A DNA stretch of 64,000 nucleotides from assembly GCF_018350175.1 (NCBI RefSeq), contig NC_058368.1:13268001-13332000 (forward strand), given 5' to 3'. Below are positions 37,701-49,788 of this stretch, piece after piece (positions within the stretch are counted from its first letter, which is position 1; each line of letters opens with the position of its first letter). The position numbers and the translations under genes were made by a program. The notes beneath the pieces are model-generated. The model searched no databases and was not told the origin of the DNA. It saw only the letters and a program-made list of their open reading frames with translations. This DNA is from Felis catus. Lineage: Eukaryota.

Positions 37701-38270
37701 AGCTTAGTCTGTTAGTGATAATAGGGTCTTTCAATCATCCGAGGGGGATGTGAAGGTACATCGAATAGCCTTTACATAAACAAACAGATTTTCCACAGGA
37801 TGCCTTCCTGTCACAGTGACTCCAGAACTCACCAGGAAAGGAAATCTGTTGGACGTGATGTTGAGTGGTGGACTGAGATGGTGTATGGTGCGGAGAGGTA
37901 TATGAGAACAGACTGCTTTGTATCCACAAACACAGGAACAGTAATCGTAATCATTTGTAAGTGACGCCGCCCTAAAAACTTCACACTTGACCCAGATGTC
38001 AACTGGGCACTTAGCCTGCTCCTTAGCCTGCTTCTTGGGCTCTGTAAGTCCCATGGCTTAAGTGTAGTCAACATCCTCCCAAGATTGTGGAAGCTCCTGT
38101 GTTTGTAGCGTCAGGGCCCCACTGGATGTGGAGGAGTACATTAATATGTGGACAGAAGTTTTTACATTTCATTATGAGCCTTTTACAAAGTTATACACCA
38201 AAGATATTTAAATTTTCACTCTAAAACTTTTAGGAAGAGCCGATCTAGAAATAAGACAAAGATGAGCAAC

Positions 38271-38333
38271 ATATATATCTATATATCTATCTATCTATAT
38301 CTATCTATCTATCTATCTATATATATATATATC
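38271..38333. repeat. Compound (TA)n/(TATC)n microsatellite
   Basis: Direct run. Confidence 0.92.
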
Positions 38334-38954
38334 TTAGGAGACAGGATCATTGACAAGGGGGTCCCCCAGGGATTCATGCAAGACATGTCATATTTTCTAC
38401 TGCTGTAAATGATATGGAAGGAAAGCACACAACAAATTCTCCAACCTTGCTTTTGACGCTAATCCTTCAGGGTGAAATGCTGAGTTCAAGATAATGTACA
38501 ATAAAACCTCTAAAAGCTTTGAGTGGGCAAAAGAGAAACTTGAAGTTACTCAGCAAAACATTTATCGTTGAGTGCCTGCCTGCTGTGTGTGAAGTATTTT
38601 TATAGCTGGTTTGGGACATTCTGAGATGAATGAGATATGGTCTCTGGTCTCACAGAGGGTCACAAGGTGGGAGTGGACACGAGGAATTCTGGGAGTGAAT
38701 GAAGAGCTGGGTAATGTTGCTGGGGATGTGGAGGGGTTTTGAGTGTAGACCCGAGTTTAGAAAAAGCAAATGTAAAGTTCTGTGCTGTGACCTGAAAGCA
38801 TTGATTTAAGATCCTATCGTACGTGATCATTTCTGAAAGAGAAGACTGTAGTAATAATCTATGTCTTTGACTAACTTCCTAAGAAGTCCCTCTAATTATA
38901 AGGAGCAACAGAAAGTTTAAAATTTTATTACGGTAATTTGCAACCTTGCTATAT

Positions 38955-39112
38955 ATTATACTTACCTGGGTGTTTTAAAAAATGGAGCATAGAACTAGGA
39001 CCCATCTCCAGAGATTTTTATTTAATTGGCTTGGGGTGGAGCCTGCTCATAAGTGTGCTTTATAAACCTCTTTGAGTGATTCTAATTTCCAGTCAGTGTA
39101 AAGAACTCATGC
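38955..39112. mobile_element. MER5-type hAT-Charlie fragment
   Basis: cccatctccagagattt...aattggcttggggtggagcct...gtgattctaat...aagaactcatg. Confidence 0.7.
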
Positions 39113-39344
39113 CCTAAAGATTCAGACTCGATGTCCAACTTTGGATACATTATATAATTGGTCTAAATCTGTCTTCTTTTCTGTAAATATAGTGGATGGT
39201 ACCTTTCCTGTGAAGGTGTCTGGAAAGTAGATAATACGCCCAATGGGAAAGCCACAAAGAGACATTATGGCACATAATAATGTTTAATAATAATATAATA
39301 ATTACACATTAATTCCAGTGTCCTTCCCAAGTGACAGCATAAGA

Positions 39345-39515
39345 GTGAAAGATCAAGACCCCAGGCTTGGGCTGATGCTCAAGGTGTGAACCTTGGTCCT
39401 GCCATGACAGATGTGTGACCCTGGCAAAGTACCTCTCTGTGCATCAGTTTCCTCCTCTGTAAAATGATAATAACAGTTATTATGAGAACTAAAGTAGATG
39501 AGAACTATACATATC
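39345..39515 (+). mobile_element. MIR SINE
   Basis: tgtgtgaccctggcaaagtacctctctgtgcatcagtttcctcctctgtaaaatgataataa. Confidence 0.85.
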
Positions 39516-39519
39516 TGAC

Positions 39520-39990
39520 ACAAAAACATGTATCCTGAATTTGATCTGGAGAAAACGGCAGACAAACGCTGCAAAATACCTGGTGTGTACCCTTCATAAA
39601 TGTCAATGATATAAAATGAAAATGCAAGACTTATAAAACATCCCAGATTAAAGAGCACTAAAGAGACATCACAATTGAATGCAATACATGTTCTTGAGTT
39701 TTCTTTTGCTTTTAAAGACGTTATGGTGATGGTGATATCTAAATGAGGTCTATATGCTAGGTAACAATGCTGTAATCATATCAATATACTGATTTTGATC
39801 AATGTACTGTGGTTATGTAATGGAGTATCATGTTTTTAGGAAATAGACATGAAAGTAGGGATAAAGGGATAAAGAAGTGTTCTGTCTGCAGCTTACTCTG
39901 ATATAAAGAGAAGAGAGAATAAAGCAAATATATTAAAATATTAACATTTGGGAAACCTAGGTGGGGATGTGGAACCTCCCAGTTTTAATT
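39520..39990 (+). mobile_element. L1MC4/5-like 3' fragment
   Basis: ccagattaaagagcactaaagagacat...aatgcaat...ctgattttgatcaatgtactgtggttatgtaa...tttttaggaaatagac. Confidence 0.8.
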
Positions 39991-40254
39991 TGCACTTCTT
40001 TTCTTACATTGAGGATGAAAATACCTTATAGCATTAGGATCCAAGGTTCTTTAAATACTTTAAATACTACTAACAATACTTTTAATACTACTAACAAAGG
40101 CAAAATGTTCTCCCTTTAATATTAAAAAGTTTAGTCAAACTTTTCATGGTTCAGAATTCTTTCTATGAAAAAAAGAGAATTCCTTATTTTTTATATGTGA
40201 GTGTGAATGTGTGTGCATGTGTGCATATGTTTAGGGCAAACTTAGAAATTACTA

Positions 40255-40465
40255 TTTGAAAGCGCAGACACTGGGGCCAGACTACCCAAGTTTGAATCCT
40301 GGCTCTGGAACGTACTAGGTGCATAATTTTCCCTCCATTTCCTCCTCTATAAAGCAGGCATAATAGTACTTACTTTACCAAACTATTGTGAGGATTAGAG
40401 TTAATTTATGTAAAGTCCTTAGAACAATGTCTCACATATATAAAATCCCTGAAAAATGTTAACTC
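40255..40465 (+). mobile_element. MIR SINE
   Basis: ggggccagactacccaagtttgaatcctggctct...tgtgaggattagagttaatttatgtaaagtccttagaacaatgtct. Confidence 0.85.
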
Positions 40466-40713
40466 TAATACTGTCCACAGTGGCTGTAGTGGTCAGACTT
40501 TGTTCTTGGCTCTCAGTAGAGAATGTGCTAATACAATATTGGATTTTGTTATTTTATACATTTCATCCCAAGTATTATACACACTGGCCACCCCCTTGTT
40601 TTCAGAAAGTAGGGTTGAGCAATGTCTCAGCTAAGTCTGTGCAAAAAAGCACCACCCCAGTTACTGTAAGTATTTTGTTATTCTTGTAGGATAGAACATA
40701 AAACCTTGCTCCA

Positions 40714-40971
40714 GAGGCACCTGGGTGGCTTAGTTGGTTAATCAGTTAGTCATTGGACTCTTGATTTCAACTCAGATCATGATCTCACAGTTCCTGAGTT
40801 TGAGCCCTGAGTCTGGCTCTACAGTAACAGTGAGGAGCCTGCTTGGGATTCTCTTTCTCACCCACCCCCCCGCCCCACCCCTGCCTCTCCTCTGCTCATT
40901 TACACACACACACTCTGTCTCAAGATAAATACATAAAACTTAAAAAAATAAAAAAATAAAATCCGAAAAAA
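40714..40971 (+). mobile_element. Can-SINE
   Basis: SINEC head/body/tail; degenerate TSD a(a/c)cctt(g/a)ctcca. Confidence 0.93.
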
Positions 40972-41837
40972 ATACCCTTACTCCACCCACAAATACACTA
41001 TGACTATGACACTTTTATTATTAAAGACATAATCCCCCTGGCTTATTGCAAACAAGTTACATGAGTTGTCATGCATGAGTACAAAGAAGAAAGAATTAAT
41101 ATGGTACTGATTGGTGAGAATTTCTTTTACATAACTTTTTTTTTCCTATTTAGGATTATTCACATTTTTTTGATTCTTCATCTTGAAGCGATATGGCAGC
41201 TTCTGATCATATTTGTATTGATAAAAATATTTTCATCTGAAAGTTTACACAAAAGTGGAAATCCTGTGTCCCAGAGAGCTTAAGGCTCTTGTTGGTCAAG
41301 CTGCCATGGATGGAGGCCTGTGGATAGAGTGGGCTTGTCTTCATTCCAGAAGGGAGTTCTGCCTCCTGGCATGATGTGCATTGAGCCCCTGAGAGAGGAC
41401 TCAAAGAAATATGATTTTTTAAAAAGATGTGGCTGAAAAAAATGAAAAAAGAAAACAAGGATGAGAGGAAAGGGGATTAAAAGTCAGGCAAAAATGCACT
41501 TGGCTTTCCTCAGACAACAGGAGAGCTGAAAAAGGCAAGATGAGGAGGTGAATGTACAGGAAGGTAGAAGGGAGGACGGGTGCAAAACTCTTGCAACAGG
41601 GTGCGAGCCTCATGAGGTCAAATTTCTGTGCTTCGAGGAGACCCTCTGTGGTCTCATCAAAGATCTTTCTGTTCCTGGTGAGATTACAGGCCACCCTCGT
41701 AAATAGATTTTCTTTTTAAACTTAAAAAATATGGTAAATGTAAGTGGAATGTTTGAAGTGAGCTTTTTGTTTTCCTTCCTAAGGTAAAAAATACATTTTT
41801 TTGAAACAAAATGCAAATTTCACGTGATGAAGTATTT

Positions 41838-42055
41838 AAAAAAATTTTTTTTCAACATTTATTTATTTTTGGGACAGAGAGAGACAGAGCATGAACGGGG
41901 GAGCGGCAGAGAGAGAGGGAGACACAGAATCGGAAACAGGCTCCAGGCTCTGAGCCATCAGCCCAGAGCCTGACGCGGGGCTCGAACTCACAGACCGCGA
42001 GATCGTGACCTGGCTGAAGTCGGACGCCTAACCGACTGCGCCATCCAGGTGCCCC
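41838..42055 (-). mobile_element. Young feline SINEC_Fc copy
   Basis: Near-consensus body; perfect 16-bp TSD acgtgatgaagtattt (41822-41837, 42056-42071). Confidence 0.98.
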
Positions 42056-42475
42056 ACGTGATGAAGTATTTTAATGAAGGAACCTTGGAAATTGCCTCTT
42101 TGCATGTATCAGTAGTGAATCTGAGTCCAAAATGTGTTTGCTGGGAAATGAGTTCAGTGAGCAGTCATCGGATATTAAATTTCCCTCAGGATCAACAGTT
42201 TTTCTTATATAATGTTTTTAAATTTTATTCATCTCAGGGCAATTTAGACATCAGAAAGACTTGGGATCAAATCCTAGTTCCACCCCTTGTTGACTGAGAA
42301 GGTTGTTTGACCTCTCTGGGCCTCAGTTTATTCATCTATGTTAAAGGAATAGTAGTAACTTACGACATTATTGAAGGGACTTAGTGTAATGAAGTAGGCA
42401 CCATTTCTAGCACATATATTGTGATAAATTTTAATTGTTGCACAAGGTTACCCAGTTAGTTATGGATTGGGTAGT

Positions 42476-42800
42476 GTGAAAAGGTGGTATAATTTCACCA
42501 GCTGAAATGTTGAGGGAATAAATGCATAGAAATAATTCATGGCATAATATCTGAGATAAGTCAGATGTGTCAGTATCAATACAACATCAGACATATCTGA
42601 GAAGAATCCCCTAACCCCATGAAACCCGACCAAGAGACCATGAAACCTAACTGGGGAGAAGGTGCCGTTAGAGCATGAGCTCCCTTCTCCATTCTCTGGT
42701 CATTGAATAAATTCACTGCTTGTCATCAAACACCGTTCTGTTATTTGGCTATTTGATGAATGGTATTGAGCGGGAAAAGAACCTACTACTTCAGTAATAC
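42476..42800 (+). mobile_element. Probable ERV1-class solo LTR remnant
   Basis: Starts tgtg; AATAAA at ~42706 followed by a U5-like tract ending gagcgggaaaagaacc...cagtaata; no clear TSD. Confidence 0.45.
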
Positions 42801-42899
42801 TACATGCTAAGCAAGGTGTTAAGGATGAAACACAAGAATGTTCAAGACATTGTCCCTTCCCTCAAGGGCTTGCCATATAGGCAGAGGAGACCAACATGT

Positions 42900-43350
42900 A
42901 TAGTTCAGTCTCAGTTTCCCAACACTCAAAGTTTGGGCTCTTTGGGGAAAGTATCTTAGGCTGAAGGTTCATACGGAAGCAAGTCAGAACTTTATTCTCC
43001 CTTCATGCAATGTTTAGAGGTAGGCAAACCAGAACTGAAATGGTGGCTCCTTTCTGAGTCATCTGGTGAACCGGGATTCCTCTATGCTGACATTCTACTG
43101 CCACTTGACGATTAAATTATGTCTAAATGTTAAGCAGCAGAACAGAGGAAGAAGGAAAGAAAAGACATACTGTTCTCCATTTAAGGACACATTTAGGAAA
43201 TTGTACACATTACTTGTTCTCATAACTCACCGACCATAATTAATCCCATGGTCATACCTAGCTGCTAGTGAGGCTGAAAAATATAGACACCATGTGCCCA
43301 ACTAAAAATCAGGGGTTCCATTATTGAACAAGACAAGTGCAGACATCAGT
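42900..43350 (-). mobile_element. Old MLT1 (J/K-like) LTR fragment
   Basis: ccgggattcctctatgc...catggtcatacctagctgctagtgaggctgaaaaatatag...ccatgtgccca. Confidence 0.6.
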
Positions 43351-43947
43351 TTTTTCATGGTATGAACTTGGCTTTGGCACCCTTCTGATTTGGATGTCTC
43401 TTCCCTTGTATTCTTCCACAACTCACTGGCACACTGTCTTTTGCCAGGCTTCTCTGAAGCTTTGGAGAAAAGACAACATAGGGCAGAGAGCATATAAAAC
43501 TCCCTGCTACATATGACTTTTCCTAAAGCCCAGTAAAAAAAATCACCCAAGATTTTAAGCCCCTCCCAGGTGCATTCTAGCTGCTAACCTTGGTCTGCTT
43601 CTCCTGGGGTTCTCCTTACTCCATTGAAGCACCTGCCTTATAAGCCTCTACAGAGCCAATCTCTTCCTGACTTTTTGGAAAGCCCTATACCTTCTTAGGA
43701 GTTAATATGGTTATCTCATTATCTTCTAGACTTGTCACTATCCTTCTTCCCCCAGACAATGTAATAGATATTCTAATCCAAGAATCCTATTTCCCCCAAG
43801 AATCATAACTCAAGTCTGAGTTATGAAGGATGCAGATGATGCGGTGCTTAAGCATAGGGATTGGCGTAGCCTTTGGCACACCTTGGAGGTATCCCTGGCA
43901 AACTGACTCTCCTGAGATCCACTGGTTTGCATTCTCTCTCCCCCCCT

Positions 43948-43948
<1 letters not shown>

Positions 43949-44009
<61 letters not shown>
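43949..44009. repeat. Compound (TC)n(AC)n microsatellite
   Basis: Direct run. Confidence 0.97.
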
Positions 44010-44012
<3 letters not shown>

Positions 44013-44139
44013 CCCTTCCTAGAGCAAATTTGAATTTTCAGAGACCAAACAGCATAAATCAGTGGACATAAACTTGACTGCCTCTTGAGAGAAGTACATG
44101 AATGAGTGAAGCATGTTAGATAGGGAGTTTAGTAAAATG

Positions 44140-44387
44140 AGTCCTATGTGCCCTGTCCTAATGAGACAGCCAATACTCAGCTCTTGCCGACTTTGATCTT
44201 ATGGGTCCAATATTTTTATTTCCTGAGATTTTTATATGAAGGAAGCTGGAAATCAGTGTTTTTTAGATGACAATTCCAGAGTTTCAAAATCTTGGCACCA
44301 AAGTAAAAATTTTAAGCATTGTATAACAGATCTACCGGGCTGGATCCAGCCTAAATGCAATCAGGAGCCTCCAGTTTGAGACTTCTT
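44140..44387 (+). mobile_element. MER103C-like hAT-Charlie element
   Basis: actcagctcttgccga...gaagctggaaatc...tcttggcaccaa...gggctggatccagcc...ccagtttgagacttct. Confidence 0.65.
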
Positions 44388-44889
44388 TAGCAAGCACTGA
44401 AAGAAAGAACCATTTCCTTAGCTGGTCTTGATAGCCCCATGAATAGTATTAGAATATTGGTGAGTGTTTTGTCATTACCTTCCAGAGTAATGCAAGTTCC
44501 TTCTTTCATTTCTTTCTTTTCAAAATGTACCTACTTGAGTAAAACCAGTAATAGAGCAGGGACTGATTTCTAACTATATGGTTATTATAGATACTCCTTC
44601 AGCTACAAAGATGCTGGGAGAACTTGTGGACTTATCACCTGCAAGAGCCTGATTAAATTCATGGACAGGATGCTATCCTACTCCTCAGTCTCTCTCTAGA
44701 GAGGGATCATTCTCTTTTACCCCTTGGATCAGATAATTACAACATGGTGTGGAAATTCAGCTGGGGTGGCACTGAGTCCACAGCATTCTGTCCTGGCCCA
44801 AAGATCACTCTCAGCCTCCCACTGTAGCCTCCACTTTATATTTGACTTTGGGGTATTTCTGGATGTGCCCTAGAAGCCATGATACCCTG

Positions 44890-45210
44890 TTCTGAGTTTG
44901 ACTTTTTTCTGAGGCAATAGGAAACAATTGAAGGTCTTAAGGCAGGGGAGTGACATAAACAAAAATGAATCTGGAAACTGTCTAAGTTGACCTGGGAAGG
45001 AAAAAAACTGGATTCAGGGAGACCAATTAGGAGTGCTTACAGTAGGATAGGTGTCAAGATATTGAAGTAGGGAAGTGGCAGTGGAAAAGGATGGGAGAAG
45101 CAGAAGCAAAGATAATGTGGAGACAGAATCTAATTTTTTTGCAATTGTTTTTAAAAGTGAGACACAGATTTCAAGCCTGGGTGACTGGGAGGAAGGCTGT
45201 CACGGAAACA
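44890..45210 (-). mobile_element. L2 LINE fragment
   Basis: ggcaataggaaacaattgaaggtcttaaggcaggggagtgacat...cagggagaccaattagga...tttcaagcctgggtgactggg. Confidence 0.75.
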
Positions 45211-45855
45211 AACCAAATTATTACAATATGTGTTTCTTTGCTTATTAAATTTTTATATTGATTTTTTCCTTAAAAATAGCTTTCAGCATTATCAGTTGAT
45301 ACTGACAATATTTTCTATTGGTTGTAGTTTTTGTTCTGCTGGATTCCAAGGACTTTAGAAGCACCATCTCATTAATTGTCCCAAAAGCTTTGTGAGGTGG
45401 GCTTGTAAGACCCAATATACAGAAGATGGCTTTTTAAAAAAATTATTCTTGACTGTCTCTCATTCTCACTATGATCTTTTAGACTCTCATAGCAATTAGT
45501 AGAAATTATGCTTGGCATGTACTGTGTTCCCAATTATTATCAATAGATTCTAATTGAGAACATGTGTTCATTTCAGCTGGGATTATTGTCTGGTTGATCA
45601 CAATGGAGAATCTGAACAACAGCATCTCTCAGAGTTCTTTTATATGACTGTTATATGAAAGTATTTTATATAAATGGCAGAGTTGTAGGAGACCTCTCAG
45701 TCCCATCATCCTTTATAACTACTTTGATTTAACATGCGACCCACCAAGATGGAGGGAGGTCCGTACCACAAACAGCACCAGCTCTAATATCTCTATGAAT
45801 TCATCAACACAATCTTTTCATTGAAAGCCAACACCAGTTTCTTAAAATAGGTGCT

Positions 45856-46337
45856 AGTTCTAACTATCCATTGCTGTGTAACAAATCATCCCCAAATTTA
45901 GTGACTTAAATCACTAATCTGCAGTCTAGGCAGGGCACGGAAGATATGACTTATATTCACTCCATGCACTCTCAGCTGGGGTGGCTTGGCTATGGATGGA
46001 GGATCCACTTCCAAAATGGCTCTCACACATGGCTGGCAAACAGGTTCTGGCTGTCAGATGGGAGCCCAGCTGGGGCTCTTGGCACAGGTCTCAGAATCTC
46101 TTGGGCTTTCTTAAAAAATCAGAGGACTTGAGTACAAAGGTAAGGATTCCAAGAGACAGAAAGTAGAAGCTGCCACTATCTTGAGGGTTAGGCCTGGAAG
46201 TTGTCATGTGTCATTTCCCATTGTATTTAATTGGCCAAAGCAGTCATAGAGCTTGCTGAAACTCAAGGCGGTGGGACACAGGCTATGCTTCTTCATGGAA
46301 AGAGTGTCAAAGACTGTGTGGCCAAATTCAATCTACT
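45856..46337 (-). mobile_element. MLT1 solo LTR
   Basis: ctatccattgctgtgtaacaaatcatccccaaatttagtgacttaaa...tggaggatccacttccaaaatggctctcacacatggctggcaa. Confidence 0.85.
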
Positions 46338-46639
46338 GTAATGAAAATTACTTTAGGCATTTTGAATGAGTGATGGTTTGGTTTGATATCTCTGAGTTAA
46401 AGAGTGATATATTAAGTTGCCCTAGGGGCCAACAATTCTGGATTCTAAGTATACATTTTTTTTCTTAGTCTCCATTCAGTTTATCCATATACTATCATTT
46501 ATCTCTGGTTCTTATTTTTCCTTGAGTGCTATTTTTTTTTTACCTTTGGTTTATTATATATGTTTTTCAACTCCTGCAGCCTCACTGCCAACTCTTCTTC
46601 AAAGTTCTCTTGAGTTTTCAAACTGAAGTGTCTCTTTTG

Positions 46640-48940
46640 GGTGCATCTTATTAAAAGCATTATGATAGCTCACTGTAGCCTGAATGCTTCTCTGGCTTCC
46701 CCTTCTAGACTGCAGTGTCCCTGAGGGCAGGCAATCTATCTTGTCCAGCACAGAAGATTGCTCTTGGACAGTAGATGCTCAATACGTGTTTGTTGAATGG
46801 CTGATCCACATTCTGCCCTAAATATATGCATTCTTGGAATAATCCGCAATTATCATGGACTTTTGCATGTTATTTGATACTGTTAGAACTCACCCTCAGC
46901 TTCTCCATATTTTAACTTCAGAGACTGGATTTTTCTGTGGTGTCATATCTGAAAGAATGAAAGGAAATGTCATTTAAGTCCTATGAGAGAGAGGTGGTGA
47001 TGAATGAAGCCAGATGAACAAAAGCACTATAGTTTGTGTTAAAGATTATTCTTTCCATGATGATTGTGTTAAGACTATATTTAGTAGGGTATTTCTCCGT
47101 GGTTTTATATGTAAAGTGGAGCTACACAAAGCAGCGAGGACATTAAATATGCCTCATTCATCTCCATTGGCCCCTGGACATTTTGAAGCAGGATATATAA
47201 GCCACACTCCAAATTGATAACAGGTGTCTGATTCCAAACAAATGTCACCAATCCTGCCCTTAATGCATTGTAGCAGAACATGATGAAACGTTAGCAGAAT
47301 GCAGTAGTGCATATTGGAAAGAGGAATAAACATGGGATTTGGTAACCGCATCTTAACAGTTGAATTTACAATGAATATTAATCTTGCTTATTAAGCACAG
47401 GAACAGATGAACCAATGAAATCTTGTTTTAGAAGCTGTGGGTGAAGCATATTGTCTTCTATTTCAGACAGTTAAGAACCACTGATGATCAATCACTCTGA
47501 GAGAGGCCCTTGCTCAGCACTGAGAGAGCCTGAATGAGAGATTAAGACTCTAGGGAGTGATGTCACAAATGCTCTTATGTCTATTTCATTTAACCTCAAA
47601 ACATGTATTGAGCTATAAAGATAATACTCAACTGTGCTATGTGGCATGGGGGCTACAACGAAGAATACAACATTCTCGCTCCCCTCAAGGATCTGTGGTC
47701 AATGGGTGGGCATGAAGGAAAGGGTCCAGAAAAAGGTGGAGAAGGGGAGTATACATGGCATAGGGATCTGGAGCATGAGAGATCTGGAAGCTGCACCTCT
47801 TCTCTTTAAGTCTTTGGAGGGGTTACTAAAACTCTCTGAGCCTGGTTCCTCATCTGTAAAATGATGTTGATTACAACACCTACTTCCAGAAGATTATGTC
47901 AAGAATGAAATATATAAGGGGCATGAAGCTATAAGCTCTATGACTGTAGAAGGCAAATCCCTGTCTGTTTCACTGTATCTTTGACAAGTGCTAAACATAT
48001 TACAGGTGGTCAGTGATTATTTGGTGACTACATGTTGAATGAAAATGCTTAAGCACTGTTCTTGGCACATACTAAGAATTCAATAAATGTTCACCATTAA
48101 GGTAGATCATTGGTCATGTTTAGCTAGGAACACAGAAAATGAATAGATAAATAGCAAGAGGTAAAGCTAAAATGATAAGTTAGCTATGTTCTTGTGGGTG
48201 GCTATCGTACTACATGAGGAGTTAGTATTTCATTCAGAAGGCAAGGCTGCTCTTGAAGACTTCTGAGTAAGAAAGAACGCTATGGCAGCTGTGGGTAAGA
48301 TGGACTATGGAGTGGAAATTTCTTAAAAAGCTCTTGATTTTAGTCTTTTACAGAGGTCCAGGTAGGATTTGGTGCTGAGCTAAACTAGAGGCAAGAGATA
48401 TGGAGAGGAGTAAAAAATGAGTGAGGGAATTCAGAGGTCCAGTTGATAGCAGTGTGTTGTATAGATGCAGTACGGGCAAAGAAGTACCAAACGACTTGAA
48501 AACTCAGAGACAGGAGTGGTTACTGACCTTGGGATGATTAGTTTGGTTCAGCATATATCTGTGTTTGTGCTGCTGGTAGAACACCCAGTAAGAAATGGGC
48601 TATAGGCAATTGAAGCCTCACGTGTGGAGTAACAAAGCAAAGTTGGAGTCAAACTTGGGGAGTTGCTTTGTAAGGATAAGAGAACTAAAGTTTGGGCAGT
48701 AGATGAGACTGCTAAGGGAAAGGATCCAGATGGGGACCTCAGAGAAGAGCCTATCTGTGAATAAGGGAGGAATAGCGGCGCTTGTGACTGTAGAAGAAGA
48801 AGTGAAAGAGGTAGAAGAAGAATGGAGCGAGTGCAGGCCAGCTCATTATGAGACAAGTTCTCAATTTTGGAAAATTGAGAACTGAATGTTGTGTCCTGCA
48901 TTGGAGAAGATGGCAAAGAGCAGTGATCTACTTCTAAAAC
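46640..48940. mobile_element. Mosaic of L2 and MIR fragments
   Basis: L2 3' end (ctgagggcaggc...gtagatgctcaatacgtgtttgttgaatg), MIR core (ctctctgagcctggttcctcatctgtaaaatg), L2 internal pieces 48100-48940. Confidence 0.6.
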
Positions 48941-48959
48941 CATGTCGTCTCCACTGCGC

Positions 48960-49565
48960 TACCATTTAGGGGCCATGCTTCGAAGCTCTCTTGTTAATCC
49001 ACAGCTTTTCCCAGCTCCGCCGCTGACAGCTCAGTGTAAATGTCCATTTCAACGCTTTGAGTTGAAAGTAAAAGAATATCCAAATGAGAATAAATTAAAC
49101 CATAAACCAATGAATTGCCTAATAAACAAGAAGCCCAGAGTTCATGGCTCAATAATGGTATAAATGATTTTATTTTTCTGCCCTCCCATCCTCAGTGTGT
49201 CCACCATGCTTCTTCTCAAGCTCATACCTCCTGTACCTCCAAGCATCACATCCTCAAGTAGGAAAGACAATGGAAGCAAAAGAAGATGTTTGTTTTTAAA
49301 TGCCATTCATGCCACTTATCAGAGAAAAAAAAAATCCTTCCTAAAAGCCCCAGCAGATTTTCCTTTACATTTTAGTGTCCTCATCTAGGTTATATGCCAT
49401 TCCCTAGACCAGTCTCTGGTAAGGGGAACATGGATGGTCATGACTAAGAGTTAAATCAATTGCAATGGATTCTGGGCTTGGGCACACAGCTGTTCAAATA
49501 GGATCAGGCCTGGGTTGCTGAGGAAAAAGTGGTATGAACGTTGGACAGACACCCAACAGTGTCTA
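48960..49565 (-). mobile_element. Old MLT1K/L-like LTR fragment
   Basis: tttctgccctcccatcctcagtgtg...cctccaagcatcacatcctca...aagccccagcagattttcc. Confidence 0.55.
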
Positions 49566-49585
49566 TACAAGAGGATATAAAGTTA

Positions 49586-49788
49586 GGGGTGCCTGGGTGG
49601 CTCAGTTGCTTGAGCATCTGACTCTTGATTTTGGCTCAGGTCATGATTTCATGGTTCATGAGACTGAACCCCACATTGAGCTCTGCACTGACAGTGTAGA
49701 ACCTGCTTGGGATTCTCTCTCTTTGCCCCTCCCTAACTTGTGCCTGCACTCTCTCTCTCTCCAAAAAAATAAGTAAACACTTAAAAAA
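49586..49788 (+). mobile_element. Can-SINE
   Basis: SINEC body; TSD acaagaggatataaa(a)gtta. Confidence 0.96.

Noticed and set aside
38372..38392. Two CATG cores resembling a p53 response element
   Set aside because: The cores are 9 bp apart rather than 10, and the first half-site has poor flanks
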